Origin: a virus
Reading direction: 5' to 3' (one strand)
UHGV virus genome: UHGV-0356378
DNA length: 11,307 bases
In this document: in pieces, positions 1-7,744 of the stretch
Position numbering within the stretch: position 1 is the stretch's first letter
How the letters are laid out: each line of letters starts with the position of its first letter
The notes under the pieces: generated by a model
Databases searched by the model: none
Seen by the model: only the letters and a program-made list of their open reading frames with translations
Told to the model about the DNA's origin: nothing
Made by a program: the position numbers and the translations under genes

Positions 1-237
1 GTCGGTTCTGTTGAAATCCTCTATCTGGTGTTTAACGGTACGCTGCACTGGAGCGATTTCATCTGGCCCTTCGCACTACCTACTTTAGCGGGGAACATCT
101 GCGGCGGCACCTTTATCTTCGCGTTAATGAGTCATGCACAGATTCGTAACGACATGAGCAATAAGCGTAAAGCAGAAGCACGCCAAAAAGCAGAACGTGC
201 GGAAAACATTAAGAAAAATTATAAAAACCCGGCATAA
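1..237 (+). CDS. yfdC: C-terminal part of an FNT (formate/nitrite transporter) family inner-membrane protein; the reading frame is open from base 1, so the gene starts upstream of the window
   Basis: Frame 1 is open from position 1 to the stop at 235-237. It has a hydrophobic helix with a GNICGG motif typical of the last FNT transmembrane segment, then a lysine/arginine-rich tail. Its position immediately upstream of argW matches the yfdC-argW-intS order I recall for E. coli K-12. The symbol is from memory, not a search. Confidence 0.55.
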   Translation, partial: VGSVEILYLVFNGTLHWSDFIWPFALPTLAGNICGGTFIFALMSHAQIRNDMSNKRKAEARQKAERAENIKKNYKNPA

Positions 238-312
238 ATGGCGAGGGTTTAAGCAATCGAGCGGCAGCGTACTTACCCCGCACTCCATTAGCGGGTATAC
301 TCATGCCGCATT

Positions 313-387
313 GTCCTCTTAGTTAAATGGATATAACGAGCCCCTCCTAAGGGCTAATTGCAGGTTCGATTCCTGCAGGGGACACCA
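313..387 (+). tRNA. argW: tRNA-Arg, anticodon CCU (reads AGG)
   Basis: A 75-nt cloverleaf can be drawn: acceptor stem GTCCTCT pairing with AGGGGAC (one G-U), anticodon stem CCCCT/AGGGG around loop CCTAA with CCT in anticodon position, T-arm GCAGG-TTCGATT-CCTGC, discriminator A and encoded CCA. The known attachment site of KplE1-type prophages is argW. Confidence 0.9.
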
Positions 388-388
388 T
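373..388. repeat. attL core: 16-bp CTGCAGGGGACACCAT, the 3' end of argW, repeated exactly at 11167-11182
   Basis: Exact 16/16 identity between 373-388 and 11167-11182, with mismatches immediately on both sides of each copy. The integrase gene lies just inside the left copy and the excisionase gene just inside the right copy. Confidence 0.8.
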
Positions 389-482
389 TTATCAGTTCGC
401 TCCCATCCGTACCAGTCCGCAAAATCCCCTGAATATCAAGCCTTCCGTATATTCACAGTTCGTAATGGTTCGCGTCAGATCG

Positions 483-512
483 TTGACAGCCGCACTCCAT
501 GACGGGTAAAAA
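483..512 (+). promoter_or_regulatory. Candidate sigma-70 promoter for the integrase gene: -35 TTGACA (483-488), 17-18 bp spacer, -10 GTAAAA/TAAAAA (506-512)
   Basis: Perfect -35 hexamer with an A/T-rich -10 at correct spacing, 37 bp upstream of the ATG at 549. In KplE1 the intS promoter is reported to lie within attL. Sequence-pattern evidence only. Confidence 0.35.
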
Positions 513-548
513 GTGGATAAAATAATTTTACCCACCGGATTTTTACCC
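504..548. promoter_or_regulatory. Cluster of three GGGTAAAA motifs (504-511 forward; 526-533 and 541-548 as TTTTACCC, i.e. reverse orientation); candidate integrase arm-type or excisionase binding sites
   Basis: The same 8-mer occurs three times within 45 bp directly upstream of the integrase ATG and twice more in tandem at 11088-11109 beside attR. One given 8-mer is expected about 0.35 times in 22.6 kb of two-strand sequence. Confidence 0.4.
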
Positions 549-1706
549 ATGCTCACCGTTAAGCAGATTGAAGCAGCAAAGCCGAAAGAAAAACCATACC
601 GCCTTCTCGATGGTAATGGCCTGTACCTTTATGTTCCTGTATCCGGGAAAAAGGTATGGCAGCTTCGCTACAAGATTGACGGTAAGGAGAAAATCCTGAC
701 CGTCGGAAAATATCCGCTTATGACTTTGCAGGAAGCAAGGGATAAGGCATGGACTGCGAGGAAAGACATCTCGGTTGGCATCGATCCGGTAAAGGCGAAA
801 AAGGCTTCGTCTAACAACAATTCATTTAGTGCGATTTACAAGGAATGGTACGAGCACAAGAAGCAAGTCTGGTCAGTAGGCTATGCAAATGAACTTGCAA
901 AAATGTTTGATGACGACATTTTACCTATCATCGGCGGCCTTGAAATTCAGTATATTGAGCCGATGCAACTGCTGGAAGTAATCCGCAGATTTGAAGATCG
1001 CGGTGCAATGGAGCGAGCAAATAAAGCCCGCAGAAGATGCGGCGAGGTTTTCCGTTACGCTATTGTCACCGGCAGGGCTAAATATAACCCGGCACCTGAC
1101 CTTGCTGACGCCATGAAGGGATACCGCAAGAAGAACTTCCCGTTTCTTCCTGCAGACCAGATCCCGGCATTCAACAAAGCACTGGCAACATTTTCAGGAA
1201 GTATCGTATCGCTCATTGCAACCAAAGTTTTACGCTACACAGCCCTCAGAACAAAAGAACTTCGTTCCATGCTATGGAAGAACGTCGATTTTGAAAACAG
1301 GATTATCACCATCGACGCCAGTGTGATGAAGGGACGCAAAATTCATGTGGTCCCGATGTCAGACCAGGTGGTTGAACTTCTCACTACGCTAAGCTCAATC
1401 ACCAAACCAGTCTCAGAGTTTGTTTTTGCCGGGCGCAACGATAAGAAGAAGCCAATCTGCGAGAACGCGGTATTGCTTGTGATCAAACAAATCGGCTATG
1501 AGGGTCTGGAAAGCGGTCACGGATTCAGGCATGAATTCAGCACGATTATGAACGAGAACGAATGGCCTGCTGATGCTATTGAAATGCAACTGGCACATGC
1601 CAACGGCGGATCTGTGCGCGGTATTTACAACCATGCGCAGTATCTCGATAAGCGCAGAGAAATGATGCAGTGGTGGGCGGACTGGCTTGATGAAAAGCCT
1701 GAGTGA
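549..1706 (+). CDS. intS: P4-type tyrosine integrase with N-terminal arm-DNA-binding domain, 385 aa from the ATG at 549 (the ORF track's 513 start is a GTG 12 codons upstream)
   Basis: N-terminus LTVKQIEAAKPKEKPYRLLDGNGLYLYVPVSGKKVWQLRYKIDGKEK is the typical P4-integrase arm-binding domain. The C-terminal half has tyrosine-recombinase signatures (ALRTKELRS box I arginine, HGFRHEF box II, catalytic Tyr in RGIYNHAQY). It sits directly inside attL at argW. Length and sequence match what I recall of K-12 IntS. Confidence 0.9.
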   Translation: MLTVKQIEAAKPKEKPYRLLDGNGLYLYVPVSGKKVWQLRYKIDGKEKILTVGKYPLMTLQEARDKAWTARKDISVGIDPVKAKKASSNNNSFSAIYKEWYEHKKQVWSVGYANELAKMFDDDILPIIGGLEIQYIEPMQLLEVIRRFEDRGAMERANKARRRCGEVFRYAIVTGRAKYNPAPDLADAMKGYRKKNFPFLPADQIPAFNKALATFSGSIVSLIATKVLRYTALRTKELRSMLWKNVDFENRIITIDASVMKGRKIHVVPMSDQVVELLTTLSSITKPVSEFVFAGRNDKKKPICENAVLLVIKQIGYEGLESGHGFRHEFSTIMNENEWPADAIEMQLAHANGGSVRGIYNHAQYLDKRREMMQWWADWLDEKPE

Positions 1707-1819
1707 TCCACCTTAACAACTATCGAATAGCACAAAGCCTTGCAACCCAGTACAAAGCTTTGTGTGTCTAATTTCTTTCTCATGCAATTGGTCTATTATT
1801 AACCATGTAATTTGGCGCT

Positions 1820-1866
1820 TACATCATGATGTACACAAAGTCAAATGCTAAACAATTTTTTAGCAT
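1820..1866. promoter_or_regulatory. Two palindromic elements in the integrase/membrane-gene spacer: perfect 14-bp palindrome TACATCATGATGTA (1820-1833) and inverted repeat ATGCTAAA-caattt-TTTAGCAT (1845-1866)
   Basis: Both checked base by base as self-complementary. They lie 120-170 bp upstream of the start codon of the AT-rich membrane-protein gene, where an operator or switch site would be expected. Function not shown. Confidence 0.3.
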
Positions 1867-1987
1867 GTTATGATTGTTAAGATGTTCTGTTCATGAAGTT
1901 GTTAGTGGGAAGCTCTGCATTAAAGTGATAAAGTGTGATAAATTCAATCTGAATCTTGTTGTGAGATGAAGCAAGTATGGTAAAGCT

Positions 1988-3331
1988 ATGAGTGATATAG
2001 ACTTTTTTTATTTTATATTTTCAAATTGGTCAGAGTATTTACTGTACGCTACAGTAACAACTGTTTTATGTTACATGACGGTAAGGAAGCTGGCAGTAGG
2101 AGTGATAGATCCAATACACTTCTATTTTACCTTCACATTTGGAACTTCTTACGCAATAGTATTAATGCTATGGAATTACAACTACATTCCTGATCACTTG
2201 TTCTACATGATTATTCTAAACTGGATTGTATTGGCTTCGTTTATGCACTTGGCATATAGAACACCTAAATTTAGACTACTTGGAACAACTGACAAGGTAT
2301 TTAATACATGCAAAAAAAACTCATCAATAATATTCTATTTGTTGCTAATATTTTATATATCACTAACGGTAATATATATAAAAAGTATATCTTTTGATGC
2401 CTTTGTACAGTCTAGGTTTGAGGCAAACAGAGGTCTTGGTGCTATCGTAAGGATACTTGATGTTGTAAGACTGATGCTCACTGGATATCTTTCTGTCATG
2501 GCAGTAAAGTCCAGAGGGTTGAAAAGAGCATCAATAGCACTTATAGCTATAATTATATCTATAATTGCGTCTTTTGTTTCAGGCGCAAAACTTTCTCTCC
2601 TAGAGCATTTGCTAGTTGCTATAATTGCAATTTATATTTTTACAGGTCGTAAACCAAGGCTAACGATAAAAAGTGCGGTTGTTTTTTTAATTATATCCGT
2701 ATCTCTTGTTGCTTATGTGCTATTCCTAATATCATATAATTCAGCAGCAATAGGGTATACAAAATCAAACTACATGGACGCCCCTGTTGTTGTTGAAATG
2801 TTATTCATGCGGATATTTGCAAATGGAGACGCATACTACTTCTCACTCCCAAATGCAGTTATTGACATGTTGCAAGTAAAAAATGCATTTCTACAACTAT
2901 TCGGATATATAGCCGGGAATGGGATAATGCAAAACATGCTTGGATATGACTACTCAGCTAATGATGTTGGCAGAATGATTTGGAAGGTATGGTATCCTGG
3001 GGATGATGTAGCAAGGGGGCCAACAAGTCACTTTGATCTTGCTGGTTATGTTTACTTTGGCTTTGTCGGCGGTTTATTCATGACTGCATTTTTTGGCTGG
3101 ATACTTGGTCGTGTATGTAAAGCAAAAAACATTAGATTAAGAAGCGATATATTCTACTCTTCTTTCATAGCATCTTTCTATTGCAGGGCATTGGCAATAA
3201 TGCTGTCTCCCCCTATAGGCTTGGCATACATGTTTGATAGCATCGTGTTCTTAATTGCCTTGATGATTTTGTCATCTTTCATTTCTATCTTACTTGGACG
3301 CGGAGTTCGATATAAAGTAGAAGTTAGATGA
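1988..3331 (+). CDS. Polytopic integral membrane protein, 447 aa, roughly 10-11 predicted transmembrane helices with one large loop (about residues 265-335); probable surface-polysaccharide (O-antigen) polymerase or modifying enzyme of the Wzy/EpsG/ligase-like kind; function unresolved
   Basis: Long uninterrupted ORF that is visibly very AT-rich (roughly one-third G+C by eye, against about half in the flanking integrase and ejection genes) and rich in Phe/Tyr/Ile/Leu. It occupies the slot between integrase and tailspike where P22-like phages carry conversion genes (gtrABC, oac, neuO). No gtrA or gtrB is adjacent and no acyltransferase-3 signature is visible. Followed by a strong terminator. 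Confidence 0.75.
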   Translation: MSDIDFFYFIFSNWSEYLLYATVTTVLCYMTVRKLAVGVIDPIHFYFTFTFGTSYAIVLMLWNYNYIPDHLFYMIILNWIVLASFMHLAYRTPKFRLLGTTDKVFNTCKKNSSIIFYLLLIFYISLTVIYIKSISFDAFVQSRFEANRGLGAIVRILDVVRLMLTGYLSVMAVKSRGLKRASIALIAIIISIIASFVSGAKLSLLEHLLVAIIAIYIFTGRKPRLTIKSAVVFLIISVSLVAYVLFLISYNSAAIGYTKSNYMDAPVVVEMLFMRIFANGDAYYFSLPNAVIDMLQVKNAFLQLFGYIAGNGIMQNMLGYDYSANDVGRMIWKVWYPGDDVARGPTSHFDLAGYVYFGFVGGLFMTAFFGWILGRVCKAKNIRLRSDIFYSSFIASFYCRALAIMLSPPIGLAYMFDSIVFLIALMILSSFISILLGRGVRYKVEVR

Positions 3332-3336
3332 ATAAT

Positions 3337-3365
3337 GCCAGCCCCGAGATTATCTCGGGGCTGGC
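3337..3365. terminator. Bidirectional intrinsic terminator between the convergent membrane-protein and tailspike genes: 13-bp perfect stem GCCAGCCCCGAGA / TCTCGGGGCTGGC with loop TTA
   Basis: Perfect inverted repeat lying between the stop at 3329-3331 (plus strand) and the stop at 3369-3371 (minus strand), with A/T-rich flanks on both sides. Confidence 0.7.
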
Positions 3366-3368
3366 ATA

Positions 3369-5582
3369 TTAACTACCGTAGTATGCAATTGATCTAGATA
3401 GTAAATCCCAATCCTTTAAATCACTCGGCCCCTGCACAGCAACATTTCCTTTGCATAAATTAACATTGGCTATGATGATGTTTACTTCTTGTGATTTTGG
3501 AAGCGAAAAGGATAAATAAGCATTCGCATCGCTTGCGGACACAAGACCTTCAAAAGGTATTGCTAATGTGAATTTTTTCAACCCCCATGAACTACCAATA
3601 TCAAACTCACCGAATGAATATACTCTTTGAACGCCTAATGATGAAGAATAGCTCAATATCAAGTTCACGGAAATTTTAGTTTGAACAGATGGCAACCCAT
3701 TTACAGCCATGAAAGATAATGTGACTTCTTTCCCTTGACATTTAAAAACATTTTTATCAATAACAACTCGCAGTGTCTTATTATCGGTATTTGCTATTGG
3801 TATCACCACTCCTATAGTTGTACCATCATGATGAAACTGAGAATCTGAGCTAATTTCATTTCTGTAAATATTACAAACAGCAGCTCCATCAGATGTATAC
3901 TGCCAAAAATCAAATACGCGAGAATCCGATGATGTCGTATTAAATGTAAATGAGTTAGATATTCTAGATAACCTACCACTACCATTTATAACAAGATTAT
4001 CTATTGATATAGATGATGTCCAAGTCTCAACCATAGCGTTAAAATCATGAATCTGAACTCCCGGGAAATTAATTTTTTCATATGAGTTACCATAGCTAAT
4101 TTTATTGGTATTGGTTTTTACAAGCACCTGCGTGTTATCGTATGAAAAAAGATCAAGGCAACCAATATGAGTATTTCTCAGAACAACATTACTTCTTCCA
4201 GGTATCATAAACCTACAATTTGTAGTATATCCCTCAGGCCCAGAAGCCACATTATGAGCATTCCAGTAAAGGCCATTACCACCAATCAATCCACCATCAA
4301 AATAATCATCATCTCGAACAACAGTATCACTTGGTGTTCCACCGTATGTTATCAATGCTTCACACTCTGGGTAAATAGTTTCATGGTATCCATTTATTCT
4401 AGGGTTATTGGCAAAAGATCCTAGTTGATGGGTTATTCTCCATCCTTGAGCAACGCCATCAAAACGATAATCAGCCCCTCCTACGTCAATGCACACACCA
4501 CCTGAACGAGTTCCTTCAATATGAAGATAAACATCAGACCCTATATGCAGTCTACTGTTTCCATAGTCAACGGTTCCATCTTTCATTTTGCCATTGGCGC
4601 TTAGCCAGTTTATTGCCTTTGACTTTGCGTAGGAGTGGCGTATGTTGTCTACGGTAATATCCCAGCAATGACCCCAAAGCTTTATCTGATAGTAATCTTC
4701 AGAGCCATAATCAATAAAACGCAAACCGATAATTCTTGGATTGGTTATGTATTCGTTGAAAACGATCCCATCGGAAAAAAGATCTCCAGTAAAAGTAAAT
4801 AAACCGTTTCCTACAAATCCATAAGTTACATGTAGACGGTGGTCTATGCCGCCTTTATCTCCATTAAAAGTAATTCCGTCCGGACCGAATTTTATTTGGT
4901 TGGAGGTACCATTAAATTCAAGTTTAGTGTTTCCTGCACTGGTTAGGATTACAGGTCTTTTGAACCAAAGCGTAGATGAATGCTTGAACCAGCCAGATGG
5001 GAACTCCAGAGTCACTGGCTTGCCATTATGTTCAGTATTGGCAATGCCATTAACGGCAGAAACCACCTGAAGCAACTGATCATCGATCACCATTCCTGGA
5101 GTATAGTCAATATCAATGTAATCAGATACGTAAACAACATCACCATCTCTGCGCTTAATGCCGCCCAACGCCTTCCCTACTGTTGAGTCTCCATACCCGA
5201 CCATCCAAGCTCCAACAATACCAGAGAGATCAGTTCGCAATCTATCTGGATCATACTTCAGCACATTAGGAGAATAGAACTGCTTCGCACCATACGCATC
5301 ATAAACGGCCATTGAATGGCCTTGCACGGTAACGAACTTGGCAATCTGTCCGTTATATACCGGATATCCAGCAGCGTTAATGATGATTGGTTGCGAAACA
5401 GGAACGTGAGAACCGTCTTCATTCTCCACATAAACCTGAATCTGGTTTTCAGGATTTACCGGGTCAGTGTCAATTTTACCGATATAAATTTTACCATTGG
5501 CAACTGCTTTAAAAGAACGCGCCATAGTGAAGAGTTGCGATGGCATACTTACTACAACATTGGCATTTATCGAATCTGTCAT
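3369..5582 (-). CDS. P22-like tailspike, 737 aa: conserved N-terminal head-binding domain (about aa 1-113, nt 5244-5582) fused to a divergent receptor-binding/probable polysaccharide depolymerase domain
   Basis: The N-terminus [98 protein letters not shown]...VLKYDPD is near-collinear with the P22 gp9 head-binding domain as I recall it. Beyond about residue 115 I see no similarity to the P22 receptor domain. A GGAG ribosome-binding site precedes the ATG. The downstream two-thirds is more AT-rich than the 5' end. Confidence 0.9.
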   Translation of the reverse strand: MTDSINANVVVSMPSQLFTMARSFKAVANGKIYIGKIDTDPVNPENQIQVYVENEDGSHVPVSQPIIINAAGYPVYNGQIAKFVTVQGHSMAVYDAYGAKQFYSPNVLKYDPDRLRTDLSGIVGAWMVGYGDSTVGKALGGIKRRDGDVVYVSDYIDIDYTPGMVIDDQLLQVVSAVNGIANTEHNGKPVTLEFPSGWFKHSSTLWFKRPVILTSAGNTKLEFNGTSNQIKFGPDGITFNGDKGGIDHRLHVTYGFVGNGLFTFTGDLFSDGIVFNEYITNPRIIGLRFIDYGSEDYYQIKLWGHCWDITVDNIRHSYAKSKAINWLSANGKMKDGTVDYGNSRLHIGSDVYLHIEGTRSGGVCIDVGGADYRFDGVAQGWRITHQLGSFANNPRINGYHETIYPECEALITYGGTPSDTVVRDDDYFDGGLIGGNGLYWNAHNVASGPEGYTTNCRFMIPGRSNVVLRNTHIGCLDLFSYDNTQVLVKTNTNKISYGNSYEKINFPGVQIHDFNAMVETWTSSISIDNLVINGSGRLSRISNSFTFNTTSSDSRVFDFWQYTSDGAAVCNIYRNEISSDSQFHHDGTTIGVVIPIANTDNKTLRVVIDKNVFKCQGKEVTLSFMAVNGLPSVQTKISVNLILSYSSSLGVQRVYSFGEFDIGSSWGLKKFTLAIPFEGLVSASDANAYLSFSLPKSQEVNIIIANVNLCKGNVAVQGPSDLKDWDLLSRSIAYYGS

Positions 5583-5746
5583 TTAATTTGCTCCGGACGT
5601 AGCAATACCGGACAAGATGCAACTTGCCAAGCATTGCACTAATGTCAGTTATTGTTTGTTAATTATGAGATGAGTCTATGCAAAGAGATATGCTGAATAT
5701 TGCGTTCTACATATTTGGTTTTTTCACTTTCCTCGTGTTTGCAAAG

Positions 5747-7744
5747 CTATTCTGACAACGCATCAGACTTAGCCCCCTGCGTCAGAGCGTTAATTGCCTT
5801 TTGTGCCTGCTGCATTGCTTTCTCAAAGGCTGTTGATCCGCGTGGGGTGTTTGCCATTCGGAGCATTGCATTTCTGAATGTTTCGCTCTCATAGGCGCGA
5901 GTAAGAAGTCCGTAGCTTACTGCTGCGCCAGTTGTCGCCGGGTTCATTGCCGTCCCATACCCGATAATGAACGGGATGGTTTGCTGCCCTGTTGGTGTTG
6001 TTACTGCCGCTTTTGCTGCCTGCTGAGTGGACTGAAGGTAATTTTTCAATCCTTTCAGATAAGCAGCGTCCTGCCCCTTAAATGTGATGCCAGTCTGGTT
6101 TTGCAGGGTGTTAAGCTGTCGAAGGAACTGGTCAGGGGAACCACCTGATTTCTCCATCGCCTTTCCAATGATGCCATTGCGCATTTGCGCCCTGCCAATA
6201 CGACCAACTGAGTTATACAGCGTCTTAATTTCCGATTTGTTCTTGCTGAATAGCATGTTGTTGACAACTTCCGGCGTCAGGTCGCCTTTCATGAGAACAT
6301 TCTTCAGCCTGGTATTCTTTAGTTTCGCCGCTTCGTCAGCGTAGACGGCATTGGCCTGCTGATATTTACGGAGAGTATCGTTGCCAAGATTCTGACCAAT
6401 GGCACCATTGATATCGTCTGTCATTGCCTTGTAAACGCGCTGAATGGCAGCATCGGAACGGTTTGGTAACACTGGTCGTTCCCCCTTCACGTCCATTCTG
6501 AACTGGCTGCGCAGATCGCTTAATTGCTTCAAATCCAGATTTACCGGACCATCAGGGCCAGCATTGCGAACAAGCTCATCACGATAGGACTGAAGTTTTG
6601 AAATTGTCTCGTTATCAGCAACCTTACCAAGCTTCTGCAGGTTAGATATTTCTGTATCAATCTGCTGAATTGCTCTTGCAGGCTGAATGTTTATTCCCGC
6701 CATAGCATTCTGAACCTGCTCCAGTCGATTTCCTGCAGCGCGACGAATTCCTGATGTTTTCGCTTTAAGGCTGTCAATAACAACCGCTGGATCATACTCA
6801 CCGAATTTATCAGCAAATCTCTGCACCAACTGGCTTCTCGCTTCCTGTTGCGTTGCTCTCATTCCGCTTGTGCCAGCCAGGGGGATATTTTCTGCTGTCG
6901 TTTGCGCCATTTTTCCGACGCGGGAAGTGGGTTGTAACAGGTCTGTGGTGTGCAGAGGAACACCTTCACGCTCTGCAAATCTGATAGCCTGCTGCGCTTC
7001 TGGCGCAATAGCACCACGAACGCCACGATAAGCAGCACCTAATCCACGCCCGGCAGCGTTAATAGCACCGCCAGCAAGTACACCAACGCCTAAATCGGTG
7101 GCGAGTGCTTCCGCATCATCTTTCGCACTATTTGCAGCAAGTGATCCAACTGCGTTTTCTGCTAGAAGGCGAGTTGCCCCCTGAGCAATTCGACCAGCAA
7201 GTGTTGGTGCCTGTACCGCCGCTCTCTCAACGCCAGCAGGAGTGAGGTAAGGCAATGCTTCAGCAAATACCTTTCCCTCTGTCGTTTGTGGAGTCAGCGC
7301 ACCTTGCTGAAGGCCAAAGTCCTGCTCTAATCCCTGCGTTGTTACTCGTGGTGCTGGTTGATATGTACCATCGCCAATACCGAGTTTACCGCCAGCCCAA
7401 GCCGCCGCGCTTGTTACAGCATCGGCAACTGATGCAGGTATGTTTGCCACGTTCACGCCGGCCTGCACCAGTCCGCGACCAGTCTCTTTTACTGCTTCAC
7501 CAAGATCAGACATAAATCCACTTTGCTGTGGTTGTTGCTGTGCTACTGGTTGTTGTGTCTCCACTGGCTGCACAGATGGCAATGGATAGGCAGCATAGAA
7601 AGCTTGCTTAGCCTGCTCTGCATTTTCTCCGGCTTGCGGGGCAACGACTTCATTGAAGTATTGCTCCTGAGCCTGCGCTTTTTGTTCTGGTGCTAACGCC
7701 TGATACTGTGGAGAGGCGATAACATCTTTCCATGCTTTAGCCAT
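5747..7744 (-). CDS. Ejection (DNA-transfer) protein of the P22 gp16 type, 665 aa
   Basis: Third gene of a gp7-gp20-gp16 set immediately upstream of the tailspike, as in P22-like late operons. Its start overlaps the stop of the upstream gene (TAATG). Ala/Gln-rich low-complexity segments are typical of these proteins. Assignment by synteny and size; P22 gp16 is about 609 aa. Confidence 0.8.
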   Translation of the reverse strand: MAKAWKDVIASPQYQALAPEQKAQAQEQYFNEVVAPQAGENAEQAKQAFYAAYPLPSVQPVETQQPVAQQQPQQSGFMSDLGEAVKETGRGLVQAGVNVANIPASVADAVTSAAAWAGGKLGIGDGTYQPAPRVTTQGLEQDFGLQQGALTPQTTEGKVFAEALPYLTPAGVERAAVQAPTLAGRIAQGATRLLAENAVGSLAANSAKDDAEALATDLGVGVLAGGAINAAGRGLGAAYRGVRGAIAPEAQQAIRFAEREGVPLHTTDLLQPTSRVGKMAQTTAENIPLAGTSGMRATQQEARSQLVQRFADKFGEYDPAVVIDSLKAKTSGIRRAAGNRLEQVQNAMAGINIQPARAIQQIDTEISNLQKLGKVADNETISKLQSYRDELVRNAGPDGPVNLDLKQLSDLRSQFRMDVKGERPVLPNRSDAAIQRVYKAMTDDINGAIGQNLGNDTLRKYQQANAVYADEAAKLKNTRLKNVLMKGDLTPEVVNNMLFSKNKSEIKTLYNSVGRIGRAQMRNGIIGKAMEKSGGSPDQFLRQLNTLQNQTGITFKGQDAAYLKGLKNYLQSTQQAAKAAVTTPTGQQTIPFIIGYGTAMNPATTGAAVSYGLLTRAYESETFRNAMLRMANTPRGSTAFEKAMQQAQKAINALTQGAKSDALSE

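Noticed and set aside
433-446. IHF-like site TATCAA-gcct-TCC in the attL arm
   Set aside because: It matches only the WATCAA half of the IHF consensus; the TTR half is absent. Too weak to call without footprint data.
513-548. GTG start at 513 for the integrase, giving 397 aa (ORF track)
   Set aside because: The ATG at 549 gives a 385-aa product beginning MLTVKQ, matching the usual N-terminus of this integrase family. The 513 start would put the coding sequence over the GGGTAAAA repeats and the predicted -10.
1413-1634. 73-aa minus-strand ORF inside the integrase gene
   Set aside because: Entirely antisense to a well-supported integrase CDS, with no ribosome-binding site or recognisable features.
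1707-1987. Tiny peptide ORFs in the AT-rich spacer (e.g. a 15-codon ORF starting at 1826) as possible polymerase-inhibitor peptides like Iap of phage D3
   Set aside because: Several 5-15 codon ORFs are expected by chance in 281 bp of AT-rich DNA. None has a convincing ribosome-binding site or hydrophobic peptide character.
4167-5642. Plus-strand ORFs 4167-4424, 4846-5070, 4980-5186 and 5316-5642 overlapping the tailspike
   Set aside because: All lie antisense within the tailspike CDS. The products are low-complexity with no motifs; typical shadow ORFs.
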